64,000 nt of DNA from Minisyncoccota bacterium (GTDB taxonomy: Bacteria; Patescibacteriota; Minisyncoccia; Phycocordibacterales; Phycocordibacteraceae), in NCBI GenBank assembly GCA_039927695.1, contig JBDSUM010000017.1, forward strand, positions 1,631 to 65,630, in the 5' to 3' direction. The notes under the pieces were generated by a model. That model did no database searches and was not told the DNA's origin. It was given only the letters and a program-made list of their open reading frames with translations. Numbering within the stretch: the first letter of the stretch is position 1; every line of letters starts with the position of its first letter. Shown piece after piece: positions 1 to 8,627 of this stretch. The translations under genes were made by a program, and so were the position numbers.

Positions 1-6
1 CTTTTG

Positions 7-606
7 CTATCCGACAGTACCTGTTGTAACTTCTCCCGCTCGCTTGTAACTAGCGAAAATGACACCGTTTGAAGTGACTAAGCTGAACGTTAGTTCAAAA
101 GCAGCTGCAATGGTGCCCTCACCAAACAATCGCTTACCCGTGCCAAGGGTGATTGGAAACGTCATCAATCGCAGCTCGTCGACTAGGTCATGTTTGAATA
201 ATGTCTGCGCTAGGTTGCCGCTGCCAATAACTTGAATATCAGAACCTTCTGAATTCTTGAGATTCTTGATGTCATCAACGTTTCTAAGGAATACTGAGTT
301 CTGCCACTCTGACTTCTCCAAAGAAGAAGTCATTACATATTTAGTAACGTCATTAATACCGGGCCACATGTCTGCATGCTCGGGCCAATATGCAGCGAAG
401 ATATCAAAAGTTTTCCTTCCCAAAAGAAGGTCTGCTGATTTCATCCATTTTTGCATCAACTCATTACCCTCTTCGTCTGCTTCGTGAAAGTATGGGGCTG
501 TCCAGCCACCGTACTTGAAATCGCTCGATGTATCTTCCTCAGGTCCACCTGGCGCCTGCATTACTCCATCTAAGGTAATAAACTCTTGGACGATTATTTT
601 TCTCAT
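7..606 (-). CDS. Dihydrofolate reductase / RibD C-terminal domain family protein
   Basis: N-terminal MRKIIVQEFITLDGVMQAPGG, LLLGRKTF, IGSGNLAQTL, LVDELRLMTFP and GTGKRLF motifs are typical of RibD_C proteins. Confidence 0.9.
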   Translation of the reverse strand: MRKIIVQEFITLDGVMQAPGGPEEDTSSDFKYGGWTAPYFHEADEEGNELMQKWMKSADLLLGRKTFDIFAAYWPEHADMWPGINDVTKYVMTSSLEKSEWQNSVFLRNVDDIKNLKNSEGSDIQVIGSGNLAQTLFKHDLVDELRLMTFPITLGTGKRLFGEGTIAAAFELTFSLVTSNGVIFASYKRAGEVTTGTVG

Positions 607-667
607 ATAATTATTGTAACAATGATTGCAGTGTTACCCATAGTTCGGAGCTGTTCCAAGTTGGTTT

Positions 668-691
668 GCAGAGTGGGATGATGGAACCTTT
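668..691 (+). repeat. Cassette-boundary repeat copy 1 (degenerate)
   Basis: GCAGAGTGGGATGATGGAACCTTT matches copies 3 and 5 with a short internal deletion. Confidence 0.75.
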
Positions 692-723
692 CTGCGGCAT
701 ATGATAGGTTCTGTCTAGAACGT

Positions 724-972
724 GTGTGGAGGAAAAGCATGATGAAGGCCAGAATGTATCGAACCCGGGGTATACCTCTCGAGAGTATTCCGAATGATGA
801 GCAGCGAAGTACGGTTATTGGCGAGCATCTTTTGGCCCTATTGGAAGAAATTGAAGACGGACTGACTGATCAGCTATCTCATTCAATATGTATGCTTTCC
901 CCTAATTATGCTCTTATAAGCATAACGTATATACGGGTGGATGAACCTGGACATTTTATTGCTTCGAGATAG
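724..972 (+). CDS. Hypothetical protein (may be a fragment)
   Basis: 82-aa ORF just after repeat copy 1; no recognisable motif. Confidence 0.3.
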   Translation: MWRKSMMKARMYRTRGIPLESIPNDEQRSTVIGEHLLALLEEIEDGLTDQLSHSICMLSPNYALISITYIRVDEPGHFIASR

Positions 973-1146
973 ATCCAGATGAACGCCCCAGACAATTCGC
1001 TCTGGGGTTTTGCTTTGCATATTAATGATTGTTATATTTTAAGCAGTAGTTATATGTGGATTTCAACGACCCGTGGACTCGGGGAACACAACGTTAACCA
1101 CCTCCTACAAAAAAATGAGTCCAATTATCAGCTCATACATTTTATT

Positions 1147-1311
1147 ATGAATCAGCAAGAACTACACAATCCTGCTATCGACGAAGATGCTCGTTATGGA
1201 TTAGCAATGATTAAGTGGCACGGTTGGATGTCTCCTGTTGGAGTGGGGATTTTCATGCTCTGTCTCGGAGGATTCATCTATCTTCTTCATTTGTCAGAAA
1301 TCATCGGATAA
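1147..1311 (+). CDS. Small membrane protein (54 aa)
   Basis: ATG at 1147 inside ORF 979..1311; C-terminal hydrophobic helix after WHGWMSPVGVG; followed by a terminator. Confidence 0.6.
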   Translation: MNQQELHNPAIDEDARYGLAMIKWHGWMSPVGVGIFMLCLGGFIYLLHLSEIIG

Positions 1312-1341
1312 TTAAGATCCTTCGGAGGTTTCTAGAATGTG

Positions 1342-1377
1342 GAACAAAAAATCACTAAAGCTTAGTGATTTTTTGTT
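1342..1377. terminator. Intrinsic terminator hairpin
   Basis: AACAAAAAATCACTAA-agc-TTAGTGATTTTTTGTT inverted repeat. Confidence 0.7.
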
Positions 1378-1431
1378 AGTACTTCTAGTTATTTAGAATG
1401 TATTGGTTCTGTTATGTATGAATAAAATCTA

Positions 1432-1466
1432 TTGCCCGCGATCAGGGGCGATGTTGGAACCTTTTT
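1432..1466 (+). repeat. Cassette-boundary repeat copy 2
   Basis: TTGCCCGCGATCAGGGGCGATGTTGGAACCTTTTT aligns without gaps to copy 4. Confidence 0.8.
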
Positions 1467-1553
1467 GACAGATCAGCTTTGCCCTGGCATGCTCATCTAG
1501 GCCTATGCAGTGCAGGGCTACACTAGGCATTGCCTAAACAAGGAGTACCTTCG

Positions 1554-1895
1554 ATGAGAAAGAGGATTGCCTTTTCCATTCTCAAATTTGTAGGCGTAAC
1601 CGCCGAAGAGTTTATCGCTCTCAAGAACCTATTAACGGATGAAGGCCGCGTAATGAAGAAGCTTCCGGTAGTTCGCTCAAGTATCGTCGACAGAATCTTT
1701 GCGACGATTCAGTCTGCCGTGTGGGATCAAGAGCACGGAACATTCACAGTCGAAGTGAAAGTGAATGATTTTGCGTTCGCGCGTGAACCAACAAAGAATC
1801 CTGGCGACAAACCGCACTTCAAGTACGATACGGATGATCCGACACCACGGAGTCTCTTGGTCAGAGTTCTCGACGTCTTGAATCGCTACAAATAA
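1554..1895 (+). CDS. Hypothetical protein (cassette gene)
   Basis: AAGGAG SD before ATG 1554; hairpin TGGCCACTGG..CCAGTGGCCA downstream. Confidence 0.65.
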   Translation: MRKRIAFSILKFVGVTAEEFIALKNLLTDEGRVMKKLPVVRSSIVDRIFATIQSAVWDQEHGTFTVEVKVNDFAFAREPTKNPGDKPHFKYDTDDPTPRSLLVRVLDVLNRYK

Positions 1896-1943
1896 GCAAT
1901 CTGTACTGGCCACTGGAGTATATTCCAGTGGCCATAAGTCTTA

Positions 1944-1976
1944 TTGCTGGCAGAGTGGGACAACGTTGGAACCTTT
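1944..1976 (+). repeat. Cassette-boundary repeat copy 3
   Basis: TTGCTGGCAGAGTGGGACAACGTTGGAACCTTT; 29 nt identical to copy 5. Confidence 0.9.
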
Positions 1977-2556
1977 ATTTTTCTGTCTTTAATAAATGAG
2001 GATAGTATCGGCTTGTAATATCTTTGACGTATTCTTCAAGCGGCATCATGCCTAATGCGGCACGCCTTTCATTTACGTGTTCTTCGTCTTCAATTGGTAC
2101 TGGCTCATATGCAACAACATTCATGTTTGTTTCTGCATCTCTCGTTTCCTGCATTTGGGTACCGTATCGCTGTTTTTGTTTTATTTTTACCCATACGCGA
2201 TCTTCGAGGTATGCAGCATCTATTTTGTTAACTTCCCCGTCGGGCTGTTCCCTCATAAGGTCTAAACACTGTTGTTGAAAGATAGGGTCATGATCTGCAT
2301 GTTGCACTAACAACCATGCGGCGCGGGAAGCCGTTTCCCCTACTTTTGAGACAGTGGGCCATCCAATTTCTGTGATTACTCTTTTCATAGCTTCAGTATT
2401 TTGAAGATCTATGTTCTCGTCCCACGTATCTTCTGAGTCATTTAAGTCCTTTTCACGCATGTCTTGGTCGACTTTAACTCGTTCAAGAATTTCCTTTGTT
2501 ATCTCAGGATATTGTCCGTATTCGGGATTTTCATTTGAGCCATGCATTTTCTCCAT
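1975..2556 (-). CDS. DUF6624-like protein
   Basis: GWPTVSKVG..AAWLLVQHADHD..AYLEDRV..QRYGTQ motif series. Confidence 0.8.
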   Translation of the reverse strand: MEKMHGSNENPEYGQYPEITKEILERVKVDQDMREKDLNDSEDTWDENIDLQNTEAMKRVITEIGWPTVSKVGETASRAAWLLVQHADHDPIFQQQCLDLMREQPDGEVNKIDAAYLEDRVWVKIKQKQRYGTQMQETRDAETNMNVVAYEPVPIEDEEHVNERRAALGMMPLEEYVKDITSRYYPHLLKTEK

Positions 2557-2575
2557 ATGTAAATTATAGCAATAT

Positions 2576-2608
2576 TTGCTGGCGTACTGGGACGATGTTG
2601 GAACTTTT
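2576..2608 (+). repeat. Cassette-boundary repeat copy 4
   Basis: TTGCTGGCGTACTGGGACGATGTTGGAACTTTT. Confidence 0.9.
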
Positions 2609-2663
2609 TTACATAAAGAAAGCCTGGCTGGATTAGGTATCGCAGCCAGACTCTCACATCACC

Positions 2664-2849
2664 CTAGGTGTCCAGAGGAGTAGTTCGCATTTCCTCCATA
2701 ACCTTTATGGCGAAATCCAGATTTTCCTTGTCATGTGCTCCTCTCGACGGATCAGGGTTAGTATCGGATGCCCCGAAGCAGGGGCTGGTTCGGCGATCAG
2801 GTCCGCGCAATATACTGTCCCTGATCTCGTCTCTAGTCGTCTTAGGCAT
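2664..2849 (-). CDS. Small hypothetical protein (61 aa, cassette gene)
   Basis: AAAGGAG SD before ATG 2849 (MPKTTRDEIR...). Confidence 0.55.
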   Translation of the reverse strand: MPKTTRDEIRDSILRGPDRRTSPCFGASDTNPDPSRGAHDKENLDFAIKVMEEMRTTPLDT

Positions 2850-2929
2850 GGCAGTCGCTCCTTTCTGCTGAAACTGTATCAGGATATGTGCAGGGAGCAA
2901 AGGTAGTCTAAAACAATCTTGATAGCTTT

Positions 2930-2958
2930 TGGCAGAGTGGGACAACGTTGGAACCTTT
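2930..2958 (+). repeat. Cassette-boundary repeat copy 5
   Basis: TGGCAGAGTGGGACAACGTTGGAACCTTT. Confidence 0.9.
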
Positions 2959-3032
2959 TTCTCTAATCAGAGTGGACAGTACAAATATATTATGCTATAG
3001 TCTATATTATTCCTCTTTGCTAGGAGCTAGCC

Positions 3033-3554
3033 ATGTCATTCATTTACCATGCGGTTCCTCGCAATATGACCGGAACTGTTCTTTACCCCCTCAACGAGCT
3101 TCGTACCGTCAGCGAAACTGCCCATGCGACACATGCGAGCAAATACGAAGGACGTGAGCATTTAACTGAGGTGCGCATTCCAACGTTGGGAAACTGTCTG
3201 TGGAATGACGTACTTTTCTTCATTGCTACTCCCCCCTCTGTTTTCTGGCATGCGTATGAGTCTGCTGGATTCGACAAGCTACGACTCCAGCGCCATTTTC
3301 AGTTTGATGTAACGACTCTCGACCAATCGAAGCTCGCTGTCCTCACGAAAATGGAAATGAATCGCCCTGACGTATATGAGCCGTTCGACCCATCTCGCAT
3401 GGACGAATACGCGACTATTCCTCAGGAGACCTATGACTATTGGGCAGAGGAGCTGGCTTCGGGAAATACCCGACCCATGCTCTATATGCACATTCCACAC
3501 ATCCTTTACCGTGGTTCGCTCGACACATCGGGTGTCCCTGTTGTAGAGGCCTAA
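3033..3554 (+). CDS. Hypothetical protein (cassette gene)
   Basis: TGGACA..TGcTATAGT promoter, AGGAG SD, 173-aa ORF and downstream terminator. Confidence 0.8.
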   Translation: MSFIYHAVPRNMTGTVLYPLNELRTVSETAHATHASKYEGREHLTEVRIPTLGNCLWNDVLFFIATPPSVFWHAYESAGFDKLRLQRHFQFDVTTLDQSKLAVLTKMEMNRPDVYEPFDPSRMDEYATIPQETYDYWAEELASGNTRPMLYMHIPHILYRGSLDTSGVPVVEA

Positions 3555-3560
3555 ACAATG

Positions 3561-3596
3561 ACCGCAGGCTTGAGATTTTCTCAGCCTGCGGTTTTT
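3561..3596 (+). terminator. Intrinsic terminator
   Basis: ACCGCAGGCT..AGCCTGCGGT followed by a T-run. Confidence 0.75.
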
Positions 3597-3614
3597 ATTT
3601 GCATACTATAGTTA

Positions 3615-3640
3615 GCTGGCAGAGTAGGGTTGGAACTTTT
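3615..3640 (+). repeat. Cassette-boundary repeat copy 6 (internal deletion), next to the yebC promoter
   Basis: GCTGGCAGAGTAGGGTTGGAACTTTT keeps both arms but lacks ~5 central nt. Confidence 0.8.
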
Positions 3641-3672
3641 GGGTCGAGTGCTGATTTTGGTATACTTGTTTT

Positions 3673-4239
3673 ATGTCAGGACACAATAAATGGTCGCAGA
3701 TTAAGCAGCAGAAGGGCGCGACTGACGCTGCAAAGAGTCGCGCGTTTTCTAAGTTTTCACGACTCATAAGTATTGAGGCTAAAAAAGCTGCTGGAAATAT
3801 GAGTTCTCCATCTCTTTTAGCTGCTATTGGTCGGGCAAAAGCTATCAACATGCCCAAAGACAGTATTGAGCGCGCTGTTGCGAAAGGCTCAAGTAAGGAT
3901 GCTGGCGAACTCGACACTGTGAGTTATGAATTCTATGGGCCAGGCGGATGCGCAATAATTGTGAATGCACTTACAGACAATCGTAATCGCACGACACAAG
4001 AAATTAAGCATCTTATTTCTAAGAATGGTTTTGAGCTCGGTGTTCCTGGGAGCGCAGCCTGGGCATTTTCAAAATCAGGTGATGGCACATATACACCGAA
4101 TGCCCCACTTATGGAGGTGACAGGTGACGATCAGGAAAAACTTGAAATGATGCTCACTCTTTTAGATGAACACGATGATGTGCAAGATGTTTTTAGTAAT
4201 GCGACTGGATACGAGTCTTCGCGTGAAGACCCTGAATAA
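3673..4239 (+). CDS. yebC: YebC/PmpR family protein (short form)
   Basis: MSGHNKWSQIK N-terminus, YEFYGPGG, LTDNRNRT, DDVQDVFSN; adjacent to ruvC. Confidence 0.95.
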   Translation: MSGHNKWSQIKQQKGATDAAKSRAFSKFSRLISIEAKKAAGNMSSPSLLAAIGRAKAINMPKDSIERAVAKGSSKDAGELDTVSYEFYGPGGCAIIVNALTDNRNRTTQEIKHLISKNGFELGVPGSAAWAFSKSGDGTYTPNAPLMEVTGDDQEKLEMMLTLLDEHDDVQDVFSNATGYESSREDPE

Positions 4240-4241
4240 CT

Positions 4242-4718
4242 ATGCGCGTACTTGGCATAGACCCTGGGTTCGATAGACTAGGTCTTGCCATAGTTGAAGG
4301 CGACCCGAGTAAGCCAGTAGTGGTGTGGAGTGATTGCGTATTGCCGGCAAAAGGCGCACCTGCGGCGCGCCTTGCTGATGTATACACTGCAATAATAAAG
4401 GCTCTGACAGAGTTTACGCCTGACAAAATCTCCATTGAAACTCTTTTCTTTAGTACCAATAAGAAGACAGCTTTAGCTGTTGCCGAAGCGCGCGGAGCAA
4501 TACTTGCAGCTGCAGGTGCAAGGAATGTGCTCGTGCAAGAATACAGTCCCGGTCAGGTTAAACTCGCGGTGACCGGTCATGGTGCAGCAAACAAAGCAGC
4601 CATAGCACGCATGATCCCCCATCTCGTGACCCTCGATACTCGAAAGCGTTTGGACGATGAGCTCGACGCTATTGCAGTAGCTATTGCTGGACTTGCTGAC
4701 CGGAGCAACACCCAATAA
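4242..4718 (+). CDS. ruvC: Holliday junction resolvase RuvC
   Basis: VLGIDPG, IETLFF, AEARG, VKLAVTGHG, DDELDAIAVA. Confidence 0.95.
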   Translation: MRVLGIDPGFDRLGLAIVEGDPSKPVVVWSDCVLPAKGAPAARLADVYTAIIKALTEFTPDKISIETLFFSTNKKTALAVAEARGAILAAAGARNVLVQEYSPGQVKLAVTGHGAANKAAIARMIPHLVTLDTRKRLDDELDAIAVAIAGLADRSNTQ

Positions 4719-4829
4719 ATACTTCTATCCCCTATTCCGCGCGCTTACCCCTTGCAAAGCATTTTTACTTTTGTTCAAATGGTAAAGCCTTGCGGATTAT
4801 CGCAGCATAAGTAAATAATTCAGAATATT

Positions 4830-5000
4830 ATGATAGATGACGATTTGCTCGACGAAGACGACGAGCTTACAGGAGCAGGCATTCCCCTTCTCGCAGACGA
4901 TGACGGTGACGTTGGAATCCCGCTTGAAGATCCCCTTGAGGATGAGATGGAAGGGATGACTATAACTGGTGCAGACGGTGAGGAGGAAGACGCTATTTAG
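4830..5000 (+). CDS. Very acidic microprotein (56 aa), not in the ORF track
   Basis: ATG 4830 to TAG 5000, MIDDDLLDEDDELTG...EEEDAI; followed by GC-rich hairpin GAACGGCCCCC-tct-GGGGGCCGTTC. Confidence 0.6.
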   Translation: MIDDDLLDEDDELTGAGIPLLADDDGDVGIPLEDPLEDEMEGMTITGADGEEEDAI

Positions 5001-5068
5001 TCTTCGTACAAAATAGTATGTGAAAGAACGGCCCCCTCTGGGGGCCGTTCGTGATACCATTCTTTGTA

Positions 5069-7240
5069 ATGTCTCGAAAATCTAAAAAGTCTTTGCGTGC
5101 TCGCTTGAGTAAGCTACTCCACGACCCCCATCCGTTCACTAAAATAGCCTATATGCTCGTAGGTTTGGGATTTTTAATCCTTGGCGTCACCGTTCTATGG
5201 GTAGCGTTTACGCCAATCCCAGCGCTTAACTCCTTTGATTCTCGCAAAGTTGCTCAGTCGACAAAGATTTACGACCGAACAGGAAGGACTGTTCTCTACG
5301 ACCTCAACCACGACGTAAAGCGCAATATCGTTCCGCTTTCTGAGATCTCTCCAAACCTTCAGCACGCGACTATCGCAATCGAAGATTCTAATTTTTATTA
5401 CCATGGCGGCATCAGCTACACCGGCATCGCTCGATCTTTCATCGCAGATGTAACTCATCTTTCGTTCCAACAAGGTGGTTCGACACTCACGCAGCAGGTG
5501 GTTAAAAATACTATCCTCACCGGAAAGAAAAGTATTATTCGCAAACTCCAAGAATGGATTCTCGCTACCCGTCTTGAGAATCGTTACAGCAAGGATCAAA
5601 TTCTTGAATTCTATTTCAACGTAACTCCCTACGGCGGCACGCTCTATGGTGCTGAGGTTGCGAGTCGATCGTTCTTTGGAAAATCAGCAAGCGAACTAGA
5701 CCTCGCTGAGAGCGCATACCTGGCAGCTATTCCACAACTTCCTACGTACTATTCTCCCTATGGTAACAATCGTGCGGCGCTCGACGATCGTAAAAATCTT
5801 GTACTTGGCCGCATGAAAGAGCTCGGCTACATAACAGATGCCGAATATGAAACAGCGAAGAATGAACAGGTTACTTTCAGTCGCCAACAGAACAATACAA
5901 TTCTCGCCCCTCACTTCGTCTTTTACATTGAGCAGCAACTCGAACAAAAATATGGTCCGGATGTCGCAACGCAGGGACTCACCGTTATAACAACTATCGA
6001 TGCCGACCTTCAGCGACAAGCAGAAACTACCGTGAACACGTACGCGCTCGCAAACACTAAGAAATTCAAGGCAAGCAATGCGTCTCTTGTGGCTCTCGAT
6101 CCTAAGACTGGTCAAATTCTTGCTATGGTCGGCTCCCGTGACTATTTCGACAAAGCTATTGATGGCAATTTCAACGCTGCTCTCGCGCTTCGTCAGCCTG
6201 GATCTTCATTCAAACCGTTTGTGTACGCTACCGACCTTCAGAAAGGCTACACACCGGAGACTGCAATCTTTGACTTGCCGACACAGTTTTCGACTACCTG
6301 TTCACCAAGCGATAACTTTAACGACACACCCCCCTGCTATGCGCCAGGAAACTATGACGCAAAGTTCCGTGGACCAATGACCTTTACCACCGCGCTCGCA
6401 CAGTCGATCAATATTCCTGCTGTAAAGGCGCTGTACCTCGCAGGTATTCCAAACGTACTCACGCTGGCAAAGAATATGGGCCTCACTACGCTTGGCAAGC
6501 CTTCTGACTATGGTCTTTCACTTGCACTTGGTGCAGCGGAAGTTCGCTTGCTCGATCTCACAAGCGCATACACAGGTTTCGCTAATGATGGAATGCTGAA
6601 CGCTCCTACAGGTATCTTGAAGGTAACTGACACCGATGGAAAAACAGTAGACGAATACAAAGCGACACCTCGCCAAGTTCTTGAACCTGAAATCGCTCGC
6701 GAAATGTCATCGATGCTTTCAAACAATGAGGCGCGTTTCCCTGAATACCCTGCAGACAATCCGTTCCACTTCTCTGGCTATGACGTTGCAGCTAAGACTG
6801 GTACGACTAACGAATCACGTGACGCGTGGACCATTGGCTACACTCCTTCGATAGCAATTGGCGTGTGGGCTGGTAATAACGACAATAGTCCAATGGTGAA
6901 GGAGATAGCTGGGTACATCGTGGCTCCGATGTGGCACGATGTAATGAAGTACGCACTCACGAAGTATCCACAGGAATTCTTTACCGCTCCTCAACCAATC
7001 CCTGACACCCTTCCTGGAGTTCTCCGTGGGCTCTACAGCGACGGCACATCGTTCCACGACGTTCTGTACTGGGTAGATAAAAATGATCCACGTGGAGGAG
7101 GAAATTCCGTGGGTGACGGCCAATTCCCCTACTGGGAATACCCTATCGGCGCAGGTTTTGGCGCACCATCGGGAACTTCAACCGATCAGACATCAACGAC
7201 GACGGTATCTGGAGACCAACTGCCTGCGGTAGCTCAGTAA
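5069..7240 (+). CDS. Class A penicillin-binding protein (PBP1A family)
   Basis: TM anchor; transglycosylase EDxxF and GGSTLTQQ; transpeptidase SSFK, SIN and KTGT motifs. Confidence 0.95.
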   Translation: MSRKSKKSLRARLSKLLHDPHPFTKIAYMLVGLGFLILGVTVLWVAFTPIPALNSFDSRKVAQSTKIYDRTGRTVLYDLNHDVKRNIVPLSEISPNLQHATIAIEDSNFYYHGGISYTGIARSFIADVTHLSFQQGGSTLTQQVVKNTILTGKKSIIRKLQEWILATRLENRYSKDQILEFYFNVTPYGGTLYGAEVASRSFFGKSASELDLAESAYLAAIPQLPTYYSPYGNNRAALDDRKNLVLGRMKELGYITDAEYETAKNEQVTFSRQQNNTILAPHFVFYIEQQLEQKYGPDVATQGLTVITTIDADLQRQAETTVNTYALANTKKFKASNASLVALDPKTGQILAMVGSRDYFDKAIDGNFNAALALRQPGSSFKPFVYATDLQKGYTPETAIFDLPTQFSTTCSPSDNFNDTPPCYAPGNYDAKFRGPMTFTTALAQSINIPAVKALYLAGIPNVLTLAKNMGLTTLGKPSDYGLSLALGAAEVRLLDLTSAYTGFANDGMLNAPTGILKVTDTDGKTVDEYKATPRQVLEPEIAREMSSMLSNNEARFPEYPADNPFHFSGYDVAAKTGTTNESRDAWTIGYTPSIAIGVWAGNNDNSPMVKEIAGYIVAPMWHDVMKYALTKYPQEFFTAPQPIPDTLPGVLRGLYSDGTSFHDVLYWVDKNDPRGGGNSVGDGQFPYWEYPIGAGFGAPSGTSTDQTSTTTVSGDQLPAVAQ

Positions 7241-7252
7241 AATCCTTCCCAA

Positions 7253-7996
7253 ATGTTTGTCTTAGAAATTTTCTTTGCTTCTCTCCAGGGAGTTCTTGCC
7301 ACGAGTGCAGCGATATTGGTCTTCATAATTTTTCTTATCTATAGACTTAGACCGAAACAGTATTACTTTATCCGTCACGGGGAGACTATCCTGAACAAGA
7401 AGCATATCAAGCAGGGCGCAGACGGCGCGCTGACTCCGAAAGGAGTTGCCCAAGCACTCTTACTGGGAAAAGTATTTGCCGATCTTCAGATACAAGAATT
7501 GTGTGTTAGTCCATATGAACGAGCTGTGGAGACAGCAACACTCATGCAGCAAAGTTTGAAAACAAAAATAATAGTGACTCCCCTCCTCGCTGAGCGTAAG
7601 AGCCCATCAGAGGTTCTTGGGAAAGATACAGAAGATCCTGAAGTAACGCGAATCACCGCCTTAACAGCGTATGGATATCATGAAAATTCGTATCGCTATT
7701 CCGATGAGGAGAATTTTGAGGACCTCGCCGCTCGCGCAAAGAAATGTCTTTCATTTCTTTCACACAGACCTTATCAACGTATTGTGGTAGTCACTCATCA
7801 TGCATTTCTTCAGATGCTGCTTTCCTATCTACTCTACCGAGAAGATCTCACGGCATCTACGTATGTAAAGCTCAGCTTCTTTAACCCAGCTGAGAATGGG
7901 GGTGTTACGACCTGTGTGTATAAGCCGTGGAAGTTCTTATCTAAAACTAAAGGATGGGAGATCGTTGCGTACAATCAGCGAGCTGAGGAGTCCTAG
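7253..7996 (+). CDS. Membrane-anchored histidine phosphatase family protein
   Basis: RHGET motif, SPYERAVETA, VVVTH; N-terminal TM helix. Confidence 0.9.
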   Translation: MFVLEIFFASLQGVLATSAAILVFIIFLIYRLRPKQYYFIRHGETILNKKHIKQGADGALTPKGVAQALLLGKVFADLQIQELCVSPYERAVETATLMQQSLKTKIIVTPLLAERKSPSEVLGKDTEDPEVTRITALTAYGYHENSYRYSDEENFEDLAARAKKCLSFLSHRPYQRIVVVTHHAFLQMLLSYLLYREDLTASTYVKLSFFNPAENGGVTTCVYKPWKFLSKTKGWEIVAYNQRAEES

Positions 7997-8065
7997 AAAT
8001 GCGTACCCAGCACTTTCATCGCCTCGATAAGTGATACTTTGACGTAAGAAAAATTACATGTCAAA

Positions 8066-8590
8066 GTGCGTTCAAGCCTATTGGTGGCTTTGTACACAAT
8101 TTCAAGGGAAAGTGCCGTGACAGCATCAAACCTTCAGAAGGTATTGGAACTAAACGATAATGAGGAAGACTCAACGGACCCACTCTATCAACTCAACCTA
8201 TTATTCACGGAATCCGCTGAAGGGGTTAGGCGATGGACTTTGCAGGAGCCTGAACTGATCTATACATTCATTATTGTGCATCTCCACAGACTCGAAACAA
8301 AGCTTCATCGAGAGCGCTCTCAGGCACTCGCCGCTTTCGAGCGCAAGAGCTTTTATGAGCGGGTATACGCCAGGATACGTTTCAGGAAACGACTTGTTCC
8401 CGAAATCGCATTCACTGTTCCTGAGCTAGTTCCTGCAGTCATTGAGCGGTGCGCCCAATACCTTGAATGGGCTGCGCATATCAATGGAAAGGATCTACTC
8501 GACGATGAAAGCGTTGACATCCTTATTAACCGGATCAAATGGGTTCTTACCAGATTGGATAACAACACCGACCTTCGTAAGGCTCGCTGA
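8066..8590 (+). CDS. Hypothetical protein
   Basis: 174-aa ORF with upstream TTGACG and a downstream hairpin; start uncertain. Confidence 0.55.
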   Translation: MRSSLLVALYTISRESAVTASNLQKVLELNDNEEDSTDPLYQLNLLFTESAEGVRRWTLQEPELIYTFIIVHLHRLETKLHRERSQALAAFERKSFYERVYARIRFRKRLVPEIAFTVPELVPAVIERCAQYLEWAAHINGKDLLDDESVDILINRIKWVLTRLDNNTDLRKAR

Positions 8591-8627
8591 GTGTTATCTC
8601 TGCCGTCGCTTCAAAAGCGGCGGTTTT

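Noticed and set aside
660-3645. CRISPR array interpretation of the ~33-bp repeats
   Set aside because: Intervals are 350-780 bp and contain whole genes, the repeats are degenerate, and there are no cas genes in the window
660-3645. Classical integron attC array
   Set aside because: GTTGGAA only approximates GTTRRRY, there is no RYYYAAC-bounded long palindrome, genes face both ways, and the tyrosine recombinase at 37313 looks like Xer rather than IntI
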